In this document: positions 39,701-52,500 of the stretch, in pieces
Numbering within the stretch: the first letter of the stretch is position 1
How the letters are laid out: each line of letters begins with the position of its first letter
NCBI RefSeq assembly: GCF_009914755.1
Contig: NC_060947.1
DNA length: 64,000 nt
Direction: 5' to 3' (one strand)
DNA from: the human T2T-CHM13v2.0 reference genome, Homo sapiens
The notes under the pieces: generated by a model
The model's database searches: none
What the model was told of the DNA's origin: nothing
The model's input: only the letters and a program-made list of their open reading frames with translations
Made by a program: the position numbers and the translations under genes

Positions 39701-42700
39701 TCAGCTCTGTGAGTGAAACTCCATCAGCACAAAGAATATTCTGAGAATGCTTCCGTTTGCCTTTTATATGAAGTTCCTTCCTATACGACCGTAGGCCTCA
39801 AAGCAGTCCAAATCTCCATTTGCAGATTCTACAAAAAGAGTGATTCCAATCTGCTCTATCAATAGGATTGTTCAACTCCATGAGTTGAATGCCATCCTCA
39901 CAAAGTCGTTTCTGAGAATGCTTCTATCTAGTTTTTATGTGAAGATATTTCCTTTTCCACCACAGGCCTCAAAGCCCTCCAAACGTCCACTTGCAGATTC
40001 TCGAAAAGGAGTGTTTCATAGCTGCTCTTTCAAAAGGAAAGTTCAACTCTGGGAGTTGAATACAAACATCACAAAGTAGTTTCCGAGAATGCTTCTGTTT
40101 AGTTTTTATGTGAAGATGATCCCGTTTCCAGTGAAATCTTCAAAGAGGTCCACATATCCCCTTGCAGATTCCAAAGAAAGAGGGTTTCAAAACTGCTCCA
40201 TCAGAAGGATTGTTCAACTCTGTGAGTTGAATGCAGTCATCGCAGAAAACTTTCTGAGAATGCTTCTGTCTAGGTTTGATGTGAAGATATAGACGTTTCA
40301 AACGAAGGCTACAAAGTGGTCAAAATATACACTTGCAGATTCTACTACAAGGGTGTTGCAAACCTGAACTATCAAAGGAAGGTTCAACTCTGTGAGTTGA
40401 ATACAAACATCACAAAGAATGTTCTGAGTTTGCTTCCGTTCAGTTATGGGAAGTTGATCCCGTTTCCAACGAAATCCTCAGAGAGGTCCAAATATCCCCT
40501 CGCAGATTCTACAAAACGTGTGTTTGGAAACTGCTCCATCATAACGAATGTTCAGCTCCCTGAGTTAAACTCCATCGTCACAAAGAATTTTCTGAGAGTG
40601 CTACCGTCTGGTTTTTATATGAAGTTCTTTCCTTCACTACCACAGGCCTCAAAGCGGTCCAAATCTCCACTTGCAGATTCTACAAAAAGAGTGTTTGCAA
40701 ACTGCTCTATCAAAAGGAATGTTCAACTCTGGGAGTTGAATGCAATCATCACAGAGCAGTTTCTGAGAATGCTTCTATGTCGTTTTTAGGAGAAGATATT
40801 TCCTTTTCCAACACAGTCCTCCAAGCCCGCTAAATAGCCACTTGCACATTGTAGAAAAAGTGTGTCAAAGCTGCGCTATCAAAGGGAAAGTTCAACTCTG
40901 TGAGGTGAATGCAAACATCCCAAAGAAGTTTCTGAGAATGCTTCCGTTTAGCTTTTAGGTGAAGATTATCCCGTTTCCAACGAAACCTTCAAAGAGGTCC
41001 AAATATCCCCTTGCGGATCCCACAGAAAGAGTGTTTCGAAACTGCTGTTTCAAAAGGAATCTTCAACTCTGTGAGTTGAATGCAATCATCACAAAGAAGT
41101 TTCTGACAATGCTTCTCTCTCGTCTTTCTGTGAAGATAAAGGAAAAGGCTTTCAGGCCTTTGCCACCACAGGCCTGAAAGCGCTCCAAATGTCCACTTGC
41201 AGATTCTGCCAAAAGAATATTTCAAAACTGCTCTATGAAAAGCAATGTTAAACTCTGCGGCTCGAACACAAACATCACAAAGCGGTTTCTGAGAATGCTT
41301 CAGTTTAGTTTTTCTGTGGAAATATTCCCGTTTCCAAAGAAATCTTCAAAGAGGTCCACGTATCCACTTACAGATTCTACAAAAAGACAGTTTCAAAACT
41401 GCTCCATCAAAAGGAGGGTTCAACTGTGTGACTTGAATGCAATCATCACTCAGAAGTTTCTGAGAATGCTTCTCTTTAGTTTTTACGTGAACATATACCC
41501 GTTTCGAACGAAGGTCAGCCAGTGGTCCAAATATCCACTTGCAGATTCTACAGAAAGAGTGTTTCGAACCTGAACTCTCAAAGGCAGGTTCATCTCTGCG
41601 AGTTAAATGCATTCATCATGAAGAACTTTCTCAGCGTGTTTGTGTTTAGTTATGGGAAATTATTCCCGTTTCCAACGAAATCCTCAAAGAGCTCCAAATA
41701 TCCACCTGCAGATTCTACCAAAAGTGTATTTGGAAACTGCTCCATCAAAAGGCATGTTCAGCTCTGTGAGTGAAACTCCATCATCACAAAGAATATTCTG
41801 AGAATGCTTCCGTTTGCCTTTTATATGAAGTTCCTTCCTATACGACCGTAGGCCTCAAAGCAGTCCAAATCTCCATTTGCAGATTCTACAAAAAGAGTGA
41901 TTCCAATCTGCTCTATCAATAGGATTGTTCAACTCCATGAGTTGAATGCCATCCTCACAAAGTAGTTTCTGAGAATGCTTCTATCTAGTTTTTATGTGAA
42001 GATATTTCCTTTTCCACCACAGGCCTCAAAGCCCTCCAAACGTCCACTTGCAGATTCTCGAAAAAGAGTGTTTCATAGCTGCTCTTTCAAAAGGAAAGTT
42101 CAACTCTGGCAGTTGAATACAAACATCACAAAGTAGTTTCCGAGAATGCTTCTGTTTAGTTTTTATGTGAAGATGATCCCGTTTCCAGTGAAATCTTCAA
42201 AGAGGTCCACATATCCCCTTGCAGATTCCAAAGAAAGAGGGTTTCAAAACTGCTCCATCAGAAGGATTGTTCAACTCTGTGAGTTGAATGCAGTCATCGC
42301 AGAAAACTTTCTGAGAATGCTTCTGTCTAGGTTTGATGTGAAGATATAGACGTTTCAAACGAAGGCTACAAAGTGGTCAAAATATACACTTGCAGATTCT
42401 ACTACAAGGGTGTTGCAAACCTGAACTATCAAAGGAAGGTTCAACTCTGTGAGTTGAATACAAACATCACAAAGAATGTTCTGAGTTTGCTTCCGTTCAG
42501 TTATGGGAAGTTGATCCCGTTTCCAACGAAATCCTCAGAGAGGTCCAAATATCCCCTTGCAGATTCTACAAAACGTGTGTTTGGAAACTGCTCCATCATA
42601 ACGAATGTTCAGCTCCCTGAGTTAAACTCCATCGTCACAAAGAATTTTCTGAGAGTGCTACCGTCTGGTTTTTATATGAAGTTCTTTCCTTCACTACCAC

Positions 42701-45700
42701 AGGCCTCAAAGCGGTCCAAATCTCCACTTGCAGATTCTACAAAAAGAGTGTTTGCAAACTGCTCTATCAAAAGGAATGTTCAACTCTGGGAGTTGAATGC
42801 AATCATCACAGAGCAGTTTCTGAGAATGCTTCTATGTCGTTTTTAGGAGAAGATATTTCCTTTTCCAACACAGTCCTCCAAGCCCGCTAAATAGCCACTT
42901 GCACATTGTAGAAAAAGTGTGTCAAAGCTGCGCTATCAAAGGGAAAGTTCAACTCTGTGAGGTGAATGCAAACATCCCAAAGAAGTTTCTGAGAATGCTT
43001 CCGTTTAGCTTTTAGGTGAAGATTATCCCGTTTCCAACGAAACCTTCAAAGAGGTCCAAATATCCCCTTGCGGATCCCACAGAAAGAGTGTTTCGAAACT
43101 GCTGTTTCAAAAGGAATCTTCAACTCTGTGAGTTGAATGCAATCATCACAAAGAAGTTTCTGACAATGCTTCTCTCTCGTCTTTCTGTGAAGATAAAGGA
43201 AAAGGCTTTCAGGCCTTTTCCACCACAGGCCTGAAAGCGCTCCAAATGTCCACTTGCAGATTCTGCGAAAAGAATATTTCAAAACTGCTCTATGAAAAGC
43301 AATGTTAAACTCTGTGGCTCGAACACAAACATCACAAAGCGGTTTCTGAGAATGCTTCAGTTTAGTTTTTCTGTGGAAATATTCCCGTTTCCAAAGAAAT
43401 CTTCAAAGAGGTCCACGTATCCACTTACAGATTCTACAAAAAGACAGTTTCAAAACTGCTCCATCAAAAGGAGGGTTCAACCGTGTGACTTGAATGCAAT
43501 CATCACTCAGAAGTTTCTGAGAATGCTTCTCTTTAGTTTTTACGTGAACATATACCCGTTTCGAACGAAGGCCACCCAGTGGTCCAAATATCCACTTGCA
43601 GATTCTACAGAAAGAGTGTTTCGAACCTGAACTCTCAAAGGCAGGTTCATCTCTGCGAGTTAAATGCATTCATCATGAAGAACTTTCTCAGAGTGTTTGT
43701 GTTTAGTTATGGGAAATTATTCCCGTTTCCAACGAAATCCTCAGAGAGCTCCAAATATCCACCTGCAGATTCTACCAAAAGTGTATTTGGAAACTGCTCC
43801 ATCAAAAGGCATGTTCAGCTCTGTGAGTGAAACTCCATCATCACAAAGAATATTCTGAGAATGCTTCCGTTTGCCTTTTATATGAAGTTCCTTCCTGTAC
43901 TACCGTAGGCCTCAAAGCAGTCCAAATCTCCATTTGCAGATTCTATAAAAAGAGTGATTCCAATCTGCTCTATCAATAGGATTGTTCAACTCCATGATTT
44001 GAATGCCATCCTCACAAAGCAGTTTCTGAGAATGCTTCTATCTGGTTTTTGTGTGAAGATATTTCCTTTTCCACCACAGGCCTCAAAGCCCTCCAAACGT
44101 CCACTTGCAGATTCTCGAAAAAGAGTGTTTCATAGCTGCTCTTTCAAAAGGAAAGTTCAACTCTGGGAGTTGAATGCAAACATCACAAAGTAGTTTCCGA
44201 GAATGCTTCTGTTTAGTTTTTATGTGAAGATGATCCCGTTTCCAGTGAAATCTTCAAAGAGGTCCACATATCCCCTTGCAGATTCCAAAGAAAGAGGGTT
44301 TCAAAACTGCTCCATCAGAAGGATTGTTCAACTCTGTGAGTTGAATGCAGTCATCGCAGAAAACTTTCTGAGAATGCTTCTGTCTAGGTTTGATGTGAAG
44401 ATATAGACGTTTCAAACGAAGGCTACAAAGTGGTCAAAATATACACTTGCAGATTCTACTACAAGGGTGTTGCAAACCTGAACTATCAAAGGAAGGTTCA
44501 ACTCTGTGAGTTGAATACAAACATCACAAAGAATGTTCTGAGTTTGCTTCCGTTCAGTTATGGGAAGTTGATCCCGTTTCCAACGAAATCCTCAGAGAGG
44601 TCCAAATATCCCCTCGCAGATTCTACAAAACGTGTGTTTGGAAACTGCTCCATCATAACGAATGTTCAGCTCCCTGAGTTAAACTCCATCGTCACAAAGA
44701 ATTTTCTGAGAGTGCTACCGTCTGGTTTTTATATGAAGTTCTTTCCTTCACTACCACAGGCCTCAAAGCGGTCCAAATCTCCACTTGCAGATTCTACAAA
44801 AAGAGTGTTTGCAAACTGCTCTATCAAAAGGAATGTTCAACTCTGGGAGTTGAATGCAATCATCACAGAGCAGTTTCTGAGAATGCTTCTATGTCGTTTT
44901 TAGGAGAAGATATTTCCTTTTCCAACACAGTCCTCCAAGCCCGCTAAATAGCCACTTGCACATTGTAGAAAAAGTGTGTCAAAGCTGCGCTATCAAAGGG
45001 AAAGTTCAACTCTGTGAGGTGAATGCAAACATCCCAAAGAAGTTTCTGAGAATGCTTCCGTTTAGCTTTTAGGTGAAGATTATCCCGTTTCCAACGAAAC
45101 CTTCAAAGAGGTCCAAATATCCCCTTGCGGATCCCACAGAAAGAGTGTTTCGAAACTGCTGTTTCAAAAGGAATCTTCAACTCTGTGAGTTGAATGCAAT
45201 CATCACAAAGAAGTTTCTGACAATGCTTCTCTCTCGTCTTTCTGTGAAGATAAAGGAAAAGGCTTTCAGGCCTTTTCCACCACAGGCCTGAAAGCGCTCC
45301 AAATGTCCACTTGCAGATTCTGCCAAAAGAATATTTCAAAACTGCTCTATGAAAAGCAATGTTAAACTCTGCGGCTCGAACACAAACATCACAAAGCGGT
45401 TTCTGAGAATGCTTCAGTTTAGTTTTTCTGTGGAAATATTCCCGTTTCCAAAGAAATCTTCAAAGAGGTCCACGTATCCACTTACAGATTCTACAAAAAG
45501 ACAGTTTCAAAACTGCTCCATCAAAAGGAGGGTTCAACCGTGTGACTTGAATGCAATCATCACTCAGAAGTTTCTGAGAATGCTTCTCTTTAGTTTTTAC
45601 GTGAACATATACCCGTTTCGAACGAAGGCCACCCAGTGGTCCAAATATCCACTTGCAGATTCTACAGAAAGAGTGTTTCGAACCTGAACTCTCAAAGGCA

Positions 45701-48700
45701 GGTTCATCTCTGCGAGTTAAATGCATTCATCATGAAGAACTTTCTCAGAGTGTTTGTGTTTAGTTATGGGAAATTATTCCCGTTTCCAACGAAATCCTCA
45801 GAGAGCTCCAAATATCCACCTGCAGATTCTACCAAAAGTGTATTTGGAAACTGCTCCATCAAAAGGCATGTTCAGCTCTGTGAGTGAAACTCCATCATCA
45901 CAAAGAATATTCTGAGAATGCTTCCGTTTGCCTTTTATATGAAGTTCCTTCCTGTACTACCGTAGGCCTCAAAGCAGTCCAAATCTCCATTTGCAGATTC
46001 TATAAAAAGAGTGATTCCAATCTGCTCTATCAATAGGATTGTTCAACTCCATGAGTTGAATGCCATCCTCACAAAGTAGTTTCTGAGAATGCTTCTATCT
46101 GGTTTTTGTGTGAAGATATTTCCTTTTCCACCACAGGCCTCAAAGCCCTCCAAACGTCCACTTGCAGATTCTCGAAAAAGAGTGTTTCATAGCTGCTCTT
46201 TCCAAAGGAAAGTTCAACTCTGGGAGTTGAATACAAACATCACAAAGTAGTTTCCGAGAATGCTTCTGTTTAGTTTTTATGTGAAGATGATCCCGTTTCC
46301 AGTGAAATCTTCAAAGAGGTCCACATATCCCCTTGCAGATTCCAAAGAAAGAGGGTTTCAAAACTGCTCCATCAGAAGGATTGTTCAACTCTGTGAGTTG
46401 AATGCAGTCATCGCAGAAAACTTTCTGAGAAAGCTTCTGTCTAGGTTTGATGTGAAGATATAGACGTTTCAAACGAAGGCTACAAAGTGGTCAAAATATA
46501 CACTTGCAGATTCTACTACAAGGGTGTTGCAAACCTGAACTATCAAAGGAAGGTTCAACTCTGTGAGTTGAATACAAACATCACAAAGAATGTTCTGAGT
46601 TTGCTTCCGTTCAGTTATGGGAAGTTGATCCCGTTTCCAAAGAAATCCTCAGAGAGGTCCAAATATCCCCTCGCAGATTCTACAAAACGTGTGTTTGGAA
46701 ACTGCTCCATCATAACGAATGTTCAGCTCCCTGAGTTAAACTCCATCGTCACAAAGAATTTTCTGAGAGTGCTACCGTCTGGTTTTTATATGAAGTTCTT
46801 TCCTTCACTACCACAGGCCTCAAAGCGGTCCAAATCTCCACTTGCAGATTCTACAAAAAGAGTGTTTGCAAACTGCTCTATCAAAAGGAATGTTCAACTC
46901 TGGGAGTTGAATGCAATCATCACAGAGCAGTTTCTGAGAATGCTTCTATGTCGTTTTTAGGAGAAGATATTTCCTTTTCCAACACAGTCCTCCAAGCCCG
47001 CTAAATAGCCACTTGCACATTGTAGAAAAAGTGTGTCAAAGCTGCGCTATCAAAGGGAAAGTTCAACTCTGTGAGGTGAATGCAAACATCCCAAAGAAGT
47101 TTCTGAGAATGCTTCCGTTTAGCTTTTAGGTGAAGATTATCCCGTTTCCAACGAAACCTTCAAAGAGGTCCAAATATCCCCTTGCGGATCCCACAGAAAG
47201 AGTGTTTCGAAACTGCTGTTTCAAAAGGAATCTTCAACTCTGTGAGTTGAATGCAATCATCACAAAGAAGTTTCTGACAATGCTTCTCTCTCGTCTTTCT
47301 GTGAAGATAAAGGAAAAGGCTTTCAGGCCTTTTCCACCACAGGCCTGAAAGCGCTCCAAATGTCCACTTGCAGATTCTGCCAAAAGAATATTTCAAAACT
47401 GCTCTATGAAAAGCAATGTTAAACTCTGCGGCTCGAACACAAACATCACAAAGCGGTTTCTGAGAATGCTTCAGTTTAGTTTTTCTGTGGAAATATTCCC
47501 GTTTCCAAAGAAATCTTCAAAGAGGTCCACGTATCCACTTACAGATTCTACAAAAAGACAGTTTCAAAACTGCTCCATCAAAAGGAGGGTTCAACCGTGT
47601 GACTTGAATGCAATCATCACTCAGAAGTTTCTGAGAATGCTTCTCTTTAGTTTTTACGTGAACATATACCCGTTTCGAACGAAGGCCACCCAGTGGTCCA
47701 AATATCCACTTGCAGATTATACAGAAAGAGTGTTTCGAACCTGAACTCTCAAAGGCAGGTTCATCTCTGCGAGTTAAATGCATTCATCATGAAGAACTTT
47801 CTCAGAGTGTTTGTGTTTAGTTATGGGAAATTATTCCCGTTTCCAACGAAATCCTCAGAGAGCTCCAAATATCCACCTGCAGATTCTACCAAAAGTGTAT
47901 TTGGAAACTGCTCCATCAAAAGGCATGTTCAGCTCTGTGAGTGAAACTCCATCATCACAAAGAATATTCTGAGAATGCTTCCGTTTGCCTTTTATATGAA
48001 GTTCCTTCCTGTACTACCGTAGGCCTCAAAGCAGTCCAAATCTCCATTTGCAGATTCTATAAAAAGAGTGATTCCAATCTGCTCTATCAATAGGATTGTT
48101 CAACTCCATGAGTTGAATGCCATCCTCACAAAGTAGTTTCTGAGAATGCTTCTATCTGGTTTTTGTGTGAAGATATTTCCTTTTCCACCACAGGCCTCAA
48201 AGCCCTCCAAACGTCCACTTGCAGATTCTCGAAAAAGAGTGTTTCATAGCTGCTCTTTCAAAAGGAAAGTTCAACTCTGGGAGTTGAATACAAACATCAC
48301 AAAATAGTTTCCGAGAATGCTTCTGTTTAGTTTTTATGTGAAGATGATCCCGTTTCCAGTGAAATCTTCAAAGAGGTCCACATATCCCCTTGCAGATTCC
48401 AAAGAAAGAGGGTTTCAAAACTGCTCCATCAGAAGGATTGTTCAACTCTGTGAGTTGAATGCAGTCATCGCAGAAAACTTTCTGAGAATGCTTCTGTCTA
48501 GGTTTGATGTGAAGATATAGACGTTTCAAACGAAGGCTACAAAGTGGTCAAAATATACACTTGCAGATTCTACTACAAGGGTGTTGCAAACCTGAACTAT
48601 CAAAGGAAGGTTCAACTCTGTGAGTTGAATACAAACATCACAAAGAATGTTCTGAGTTTGCTTCCGTTCAGTTATGGGAAGTTGATCCCGTTTCCAACGA

Positions 48701-49526
48701 AATCCTCAGAGAGGTCCAAATATCCCCTTGCAGATTCTACAAAACGTGTGTTTGGAAACTGCTCCATCATAACGAATGTTCAGCTCCCTGAGTTAAACTC
48801 CATCGTCACAAAGAATTTTCTGAGAGTGCTACCGTCTGGTTTTTATATGAAGTTCTTTCCTTCACTACCACAGGCCTCAAAGCGGTCCAAATCTCCACTT
48901 GCAGATTCTACAAAAAGAGTGTTTGCAAACTGCTCTATCAAAAGGAATGTTCAACTCTGGGAGTTGAATGCAATCATCACAGAGCAGTTTCTGAGAATGC
49001 TTCTATGTCGTTTTTAGGAGAAGATATTTCCTTTTCCAACACAGTCCTCCAAGCCCGCTAAATAGCCACTTGCACATTGTAGAAAAAGTGTGTCGAAGCT
49101 GCGCTATCAAAGGGAAAGTTCAACTCTGTGAGGTGAATGCAAACATCCCAAAGAAGTTTCTGAGAATGCTTCCGTTTAGCTTTTAGGTGAAGATTATCCC
49201 GTTTCCAACGAAACCTTCAAAGAGGTCCAAATATCCCCTTGCGGATCCCACAGAAAGAGTGTTTCGAAACTGCTGTTTCAAAAGGAATCTTCAACTCTGT
49301 GAGTTGAATGCAATCATCACAAAGAAGTTTCTGACAATGCTTCTCTCTCGTCTTTCTGTGAAGATAAAGGAAAAGGCTTTCAGGCCTTTGCCACCACAGG
49401 CCTGAAAGCGCTCCAAATGTCCACTTGCAGATTCTGCGAAAAGAATATTTCAAAACTGCTCTATGAAAAGCAATGTTAAACTCTGTGGCTCGAACACAAA
49501 CATCACAAAGCGGTTTCTGAGAGTGC

Positions 49527-52500
49527 TTCAGTTTAGTTTTTCTGTGGAAATATTCCCGTTTCCAAAGAAATCTTCAAAGAGGTCCACGTATCCACTTACA
49601 GATTCTACAAAAAGACAGTTTCAAAACTGCTCCATCAAAAGGAGGGTTCAACTGTGTGACTTGAATGCAATCATCACTCAGAAGTTTCTGAGAATGCTTC
49701 TCTTTAGTTTTTACGTGAACATATACCCGTTTCGAACGAAGGCCACCCAGTGGTCCAAATATCCACTTGCAGATTCTACAGAAAGAGTGTTTCGAACCTG
49801 AACTCTCAAAGGCAGGTTCATCTCTGCGAGTTAAATGCATTCATCATGAAGAACTTTCTCAGAGTGTTTGTGTTTAGTTATGGGAAATTATTCCCGTTTC
49901 CAACGAAATCCTCAGAGAGCTCCAAATATCCACCTGCAGATTCTACCAAAAGTGTATTTGGAAACTGCTCCATCAAAAGGCATGTTCAGCTCTGTGAGTG
50001 AAACTCCATCATCACAAAGAATATTCTGAGAATGCTTCCGTTTGCCTTTTATATGAAGTTCCTTCCTGTACTACCGTAGGCCTCAAAGCAGTCCAAATCT
50101 CCATTTGCAGATTCTATAAAAAGAGTGATTCCAATCTGCTCTATCAATAGGATTGTTCAACTCCATGAGTTGAATGCCATCCTCACAAAGTAGTTTCTGA
50201 GAATGCTTCTATCTGGTTTTTGTGTGAAGATATTTCCTTTTCCACCACAGGCCTCAAAGCCCTCCAAACGTCCACTTGCAGATTCTCGAAAAAGAGTGTT
50301 TCATAGCTGCTCTTTCAAAAGGAAAGTTCAACTCTGGGAGTTGAATACAAACATCACAAAGTAGTTTCCGAGAATGCTTCTGTTTAGTTTTTATGTGAGG
50401 ATGATCCCGTTTCCAGTGAAATCTTCAAAGAGGTCCACATATCCCCTTGCAGATTCCAAAGAAAGAGGGTTTCAAAACTGCTCCATCAGAAGGATTGTTC
50501 AACTCTGTGAGTTGAATGCAGTCATCGCAGAAAACTTTCTGAGAATGCTTCTGTCTAGGTTTGATGTGAAGATATAGACGTTTCAAACGAAGGCTACAAA
50601 GTGGTCAAAATATACACTTGCAGATTCTACTACAAGGGTGTTGCAAACCTGAACTATCAAAGGAAGGTTCAACTCTGTGAGTTGAATACAAACATCACAA
50701 AGAATGTTCTGAGTTTGCTTCCGTTCAGTTATGGGAAGTTGATCCCGTTTCCAACGAAATCCTCAGAGAGGTCCAAATATCCCCTTGCAGATTCTACAAA
50801 ACGTGTGTTTGGAAACTGCTCCATCATAACGAATGTTCAGCTCCCTGAGTTAAACTCCATCGTCACAAAGAATTTTCTGAGAGTGCTACCGTCTGGTTTT
50901 TATATGAAGTTCTTTCCTTCACTACCACAGGCCTCAAAGCTGTCCAAATCTCCACTTGCAGATTCTACAAAAAGAGTGTTTGCAAACTGCTCTATCAAAA
51001 GGAATGTTCAACTCTGGGAGTTGAATGCAATCATCACAGAGCAGTTTCTGAGAATGCTTCTATGTCGTTTTTAGGAGAAGATATTTCCTTTTCCAACACA
51101 GTCCTCCAAGCCCGCTAAATAGCCACTTGCACATTGTAGAAAAAGTGTGTCAAAGCTGCGCTATCAAAGGGAAAGTTCAACTCTGTGAGGTGAATGCAAA
51201 CATCCCAAAGAAGTTTCTGAGAATGCTTCCGTTTAGCTTTTAGGTGAAGATTATCCCGTTTCCAACGAAACCTTCAAAGAGGTCCAAATATCCCCTTGCG
51301 GATCCCACAGAAAGAGTGTTTCGAAACTGCTGTTTCAAAAGGAATCTTCAACTCTGTGAGTTGAATGCAATCATCACAAAGAAGTTTCTGACAATGCTTC
51401 TCTCTCGTCTTTCTGTGAAGATAAAGGAAAAGGCTTTCAGGCCTTTTCCACCACAGGCCTGAAAGCGCTCCAAATGTCCACTTGCAGATTCTGCCAAAAG
51501 AATATTTCAAAACTGCTCTATGAAAAGCAATGTTAAACTCTGTGGCTCGAACACAAACATCACAAAGCGGTTTCTGAGAATGCTTCAGTTTAGTTTTTCT
51601 GTGGAAATATTCCCGTTTCCAAAGAAATCTTCAAAGAGGTCCACGTATCCACTTACAGATTCTACAAAAAGACAGTTTCAAAACTGCTCCATCAAAAGGA
51701 GGGTTCAACTGTGTGACTTGAATGCAATCATCACTCAGAAGTTTCTGAGAATGCTTCTCTTTAGTTTTTACGTGAACATATACCCGTTTCGAACGAAGGC
51801 CACCCAGGGTCCAAATATCCACTTGCAGATTCTACAGAAAGAGTGTTTCGAACCTGAACTCTCAAAGGCAGGTTCATCTCTGCGAGTTAAATGCATTCAT
51901 CATGAAGAACTTTCTCAGAGTATTTGTGTTTAGTTATGGGAAATTATTCCCGTTTCCAAAGAAATCCTCAGAGAGCTCCAAATATCCACCTGCAGATTCT
52001 ACCAAAAGTGTATTTGGAAACTGCTCCATCAAAAGGCATGTTCAGCTCTGTGAGTGAAACTCCATCATCACAAAGAATATTCTGAGAATGCTTCCGTTTG
52101 CCTTTTATATGAAGTTCCTTCCTGTACTACCGTAGGCCTCAAAGCAGTCCAAATCTCCATTTGCAGATTCTACAAAAAGAGTGATTCCAATCTGCTCTAT
52201 CAATAGGATTGTTCAACTCCATGAGTTGAATGCCATCCTCACAAAGTAGTTTCTGAGAATGCTTCTATCTGGTTTTTGTGTGAAGATATTTCCTTTTCCA
52301 CCACAGGCCTCAAAGCCCTCCAAACGTCCACTTGCAGATTCTCGAAAAAGAGTGTTTCATAGCTGCTCTTTCAAAAGGAAAGTTCAACTCTGGGAGTTGA
52401 ATACAAACATCACAAAATAGTTTCCGAGAATGCTTCAGTTTAGTTTTTATGTGAAGATGATCCCGTTTCCAGTGAAATCTTCAAAGAGGTCCACATATCC

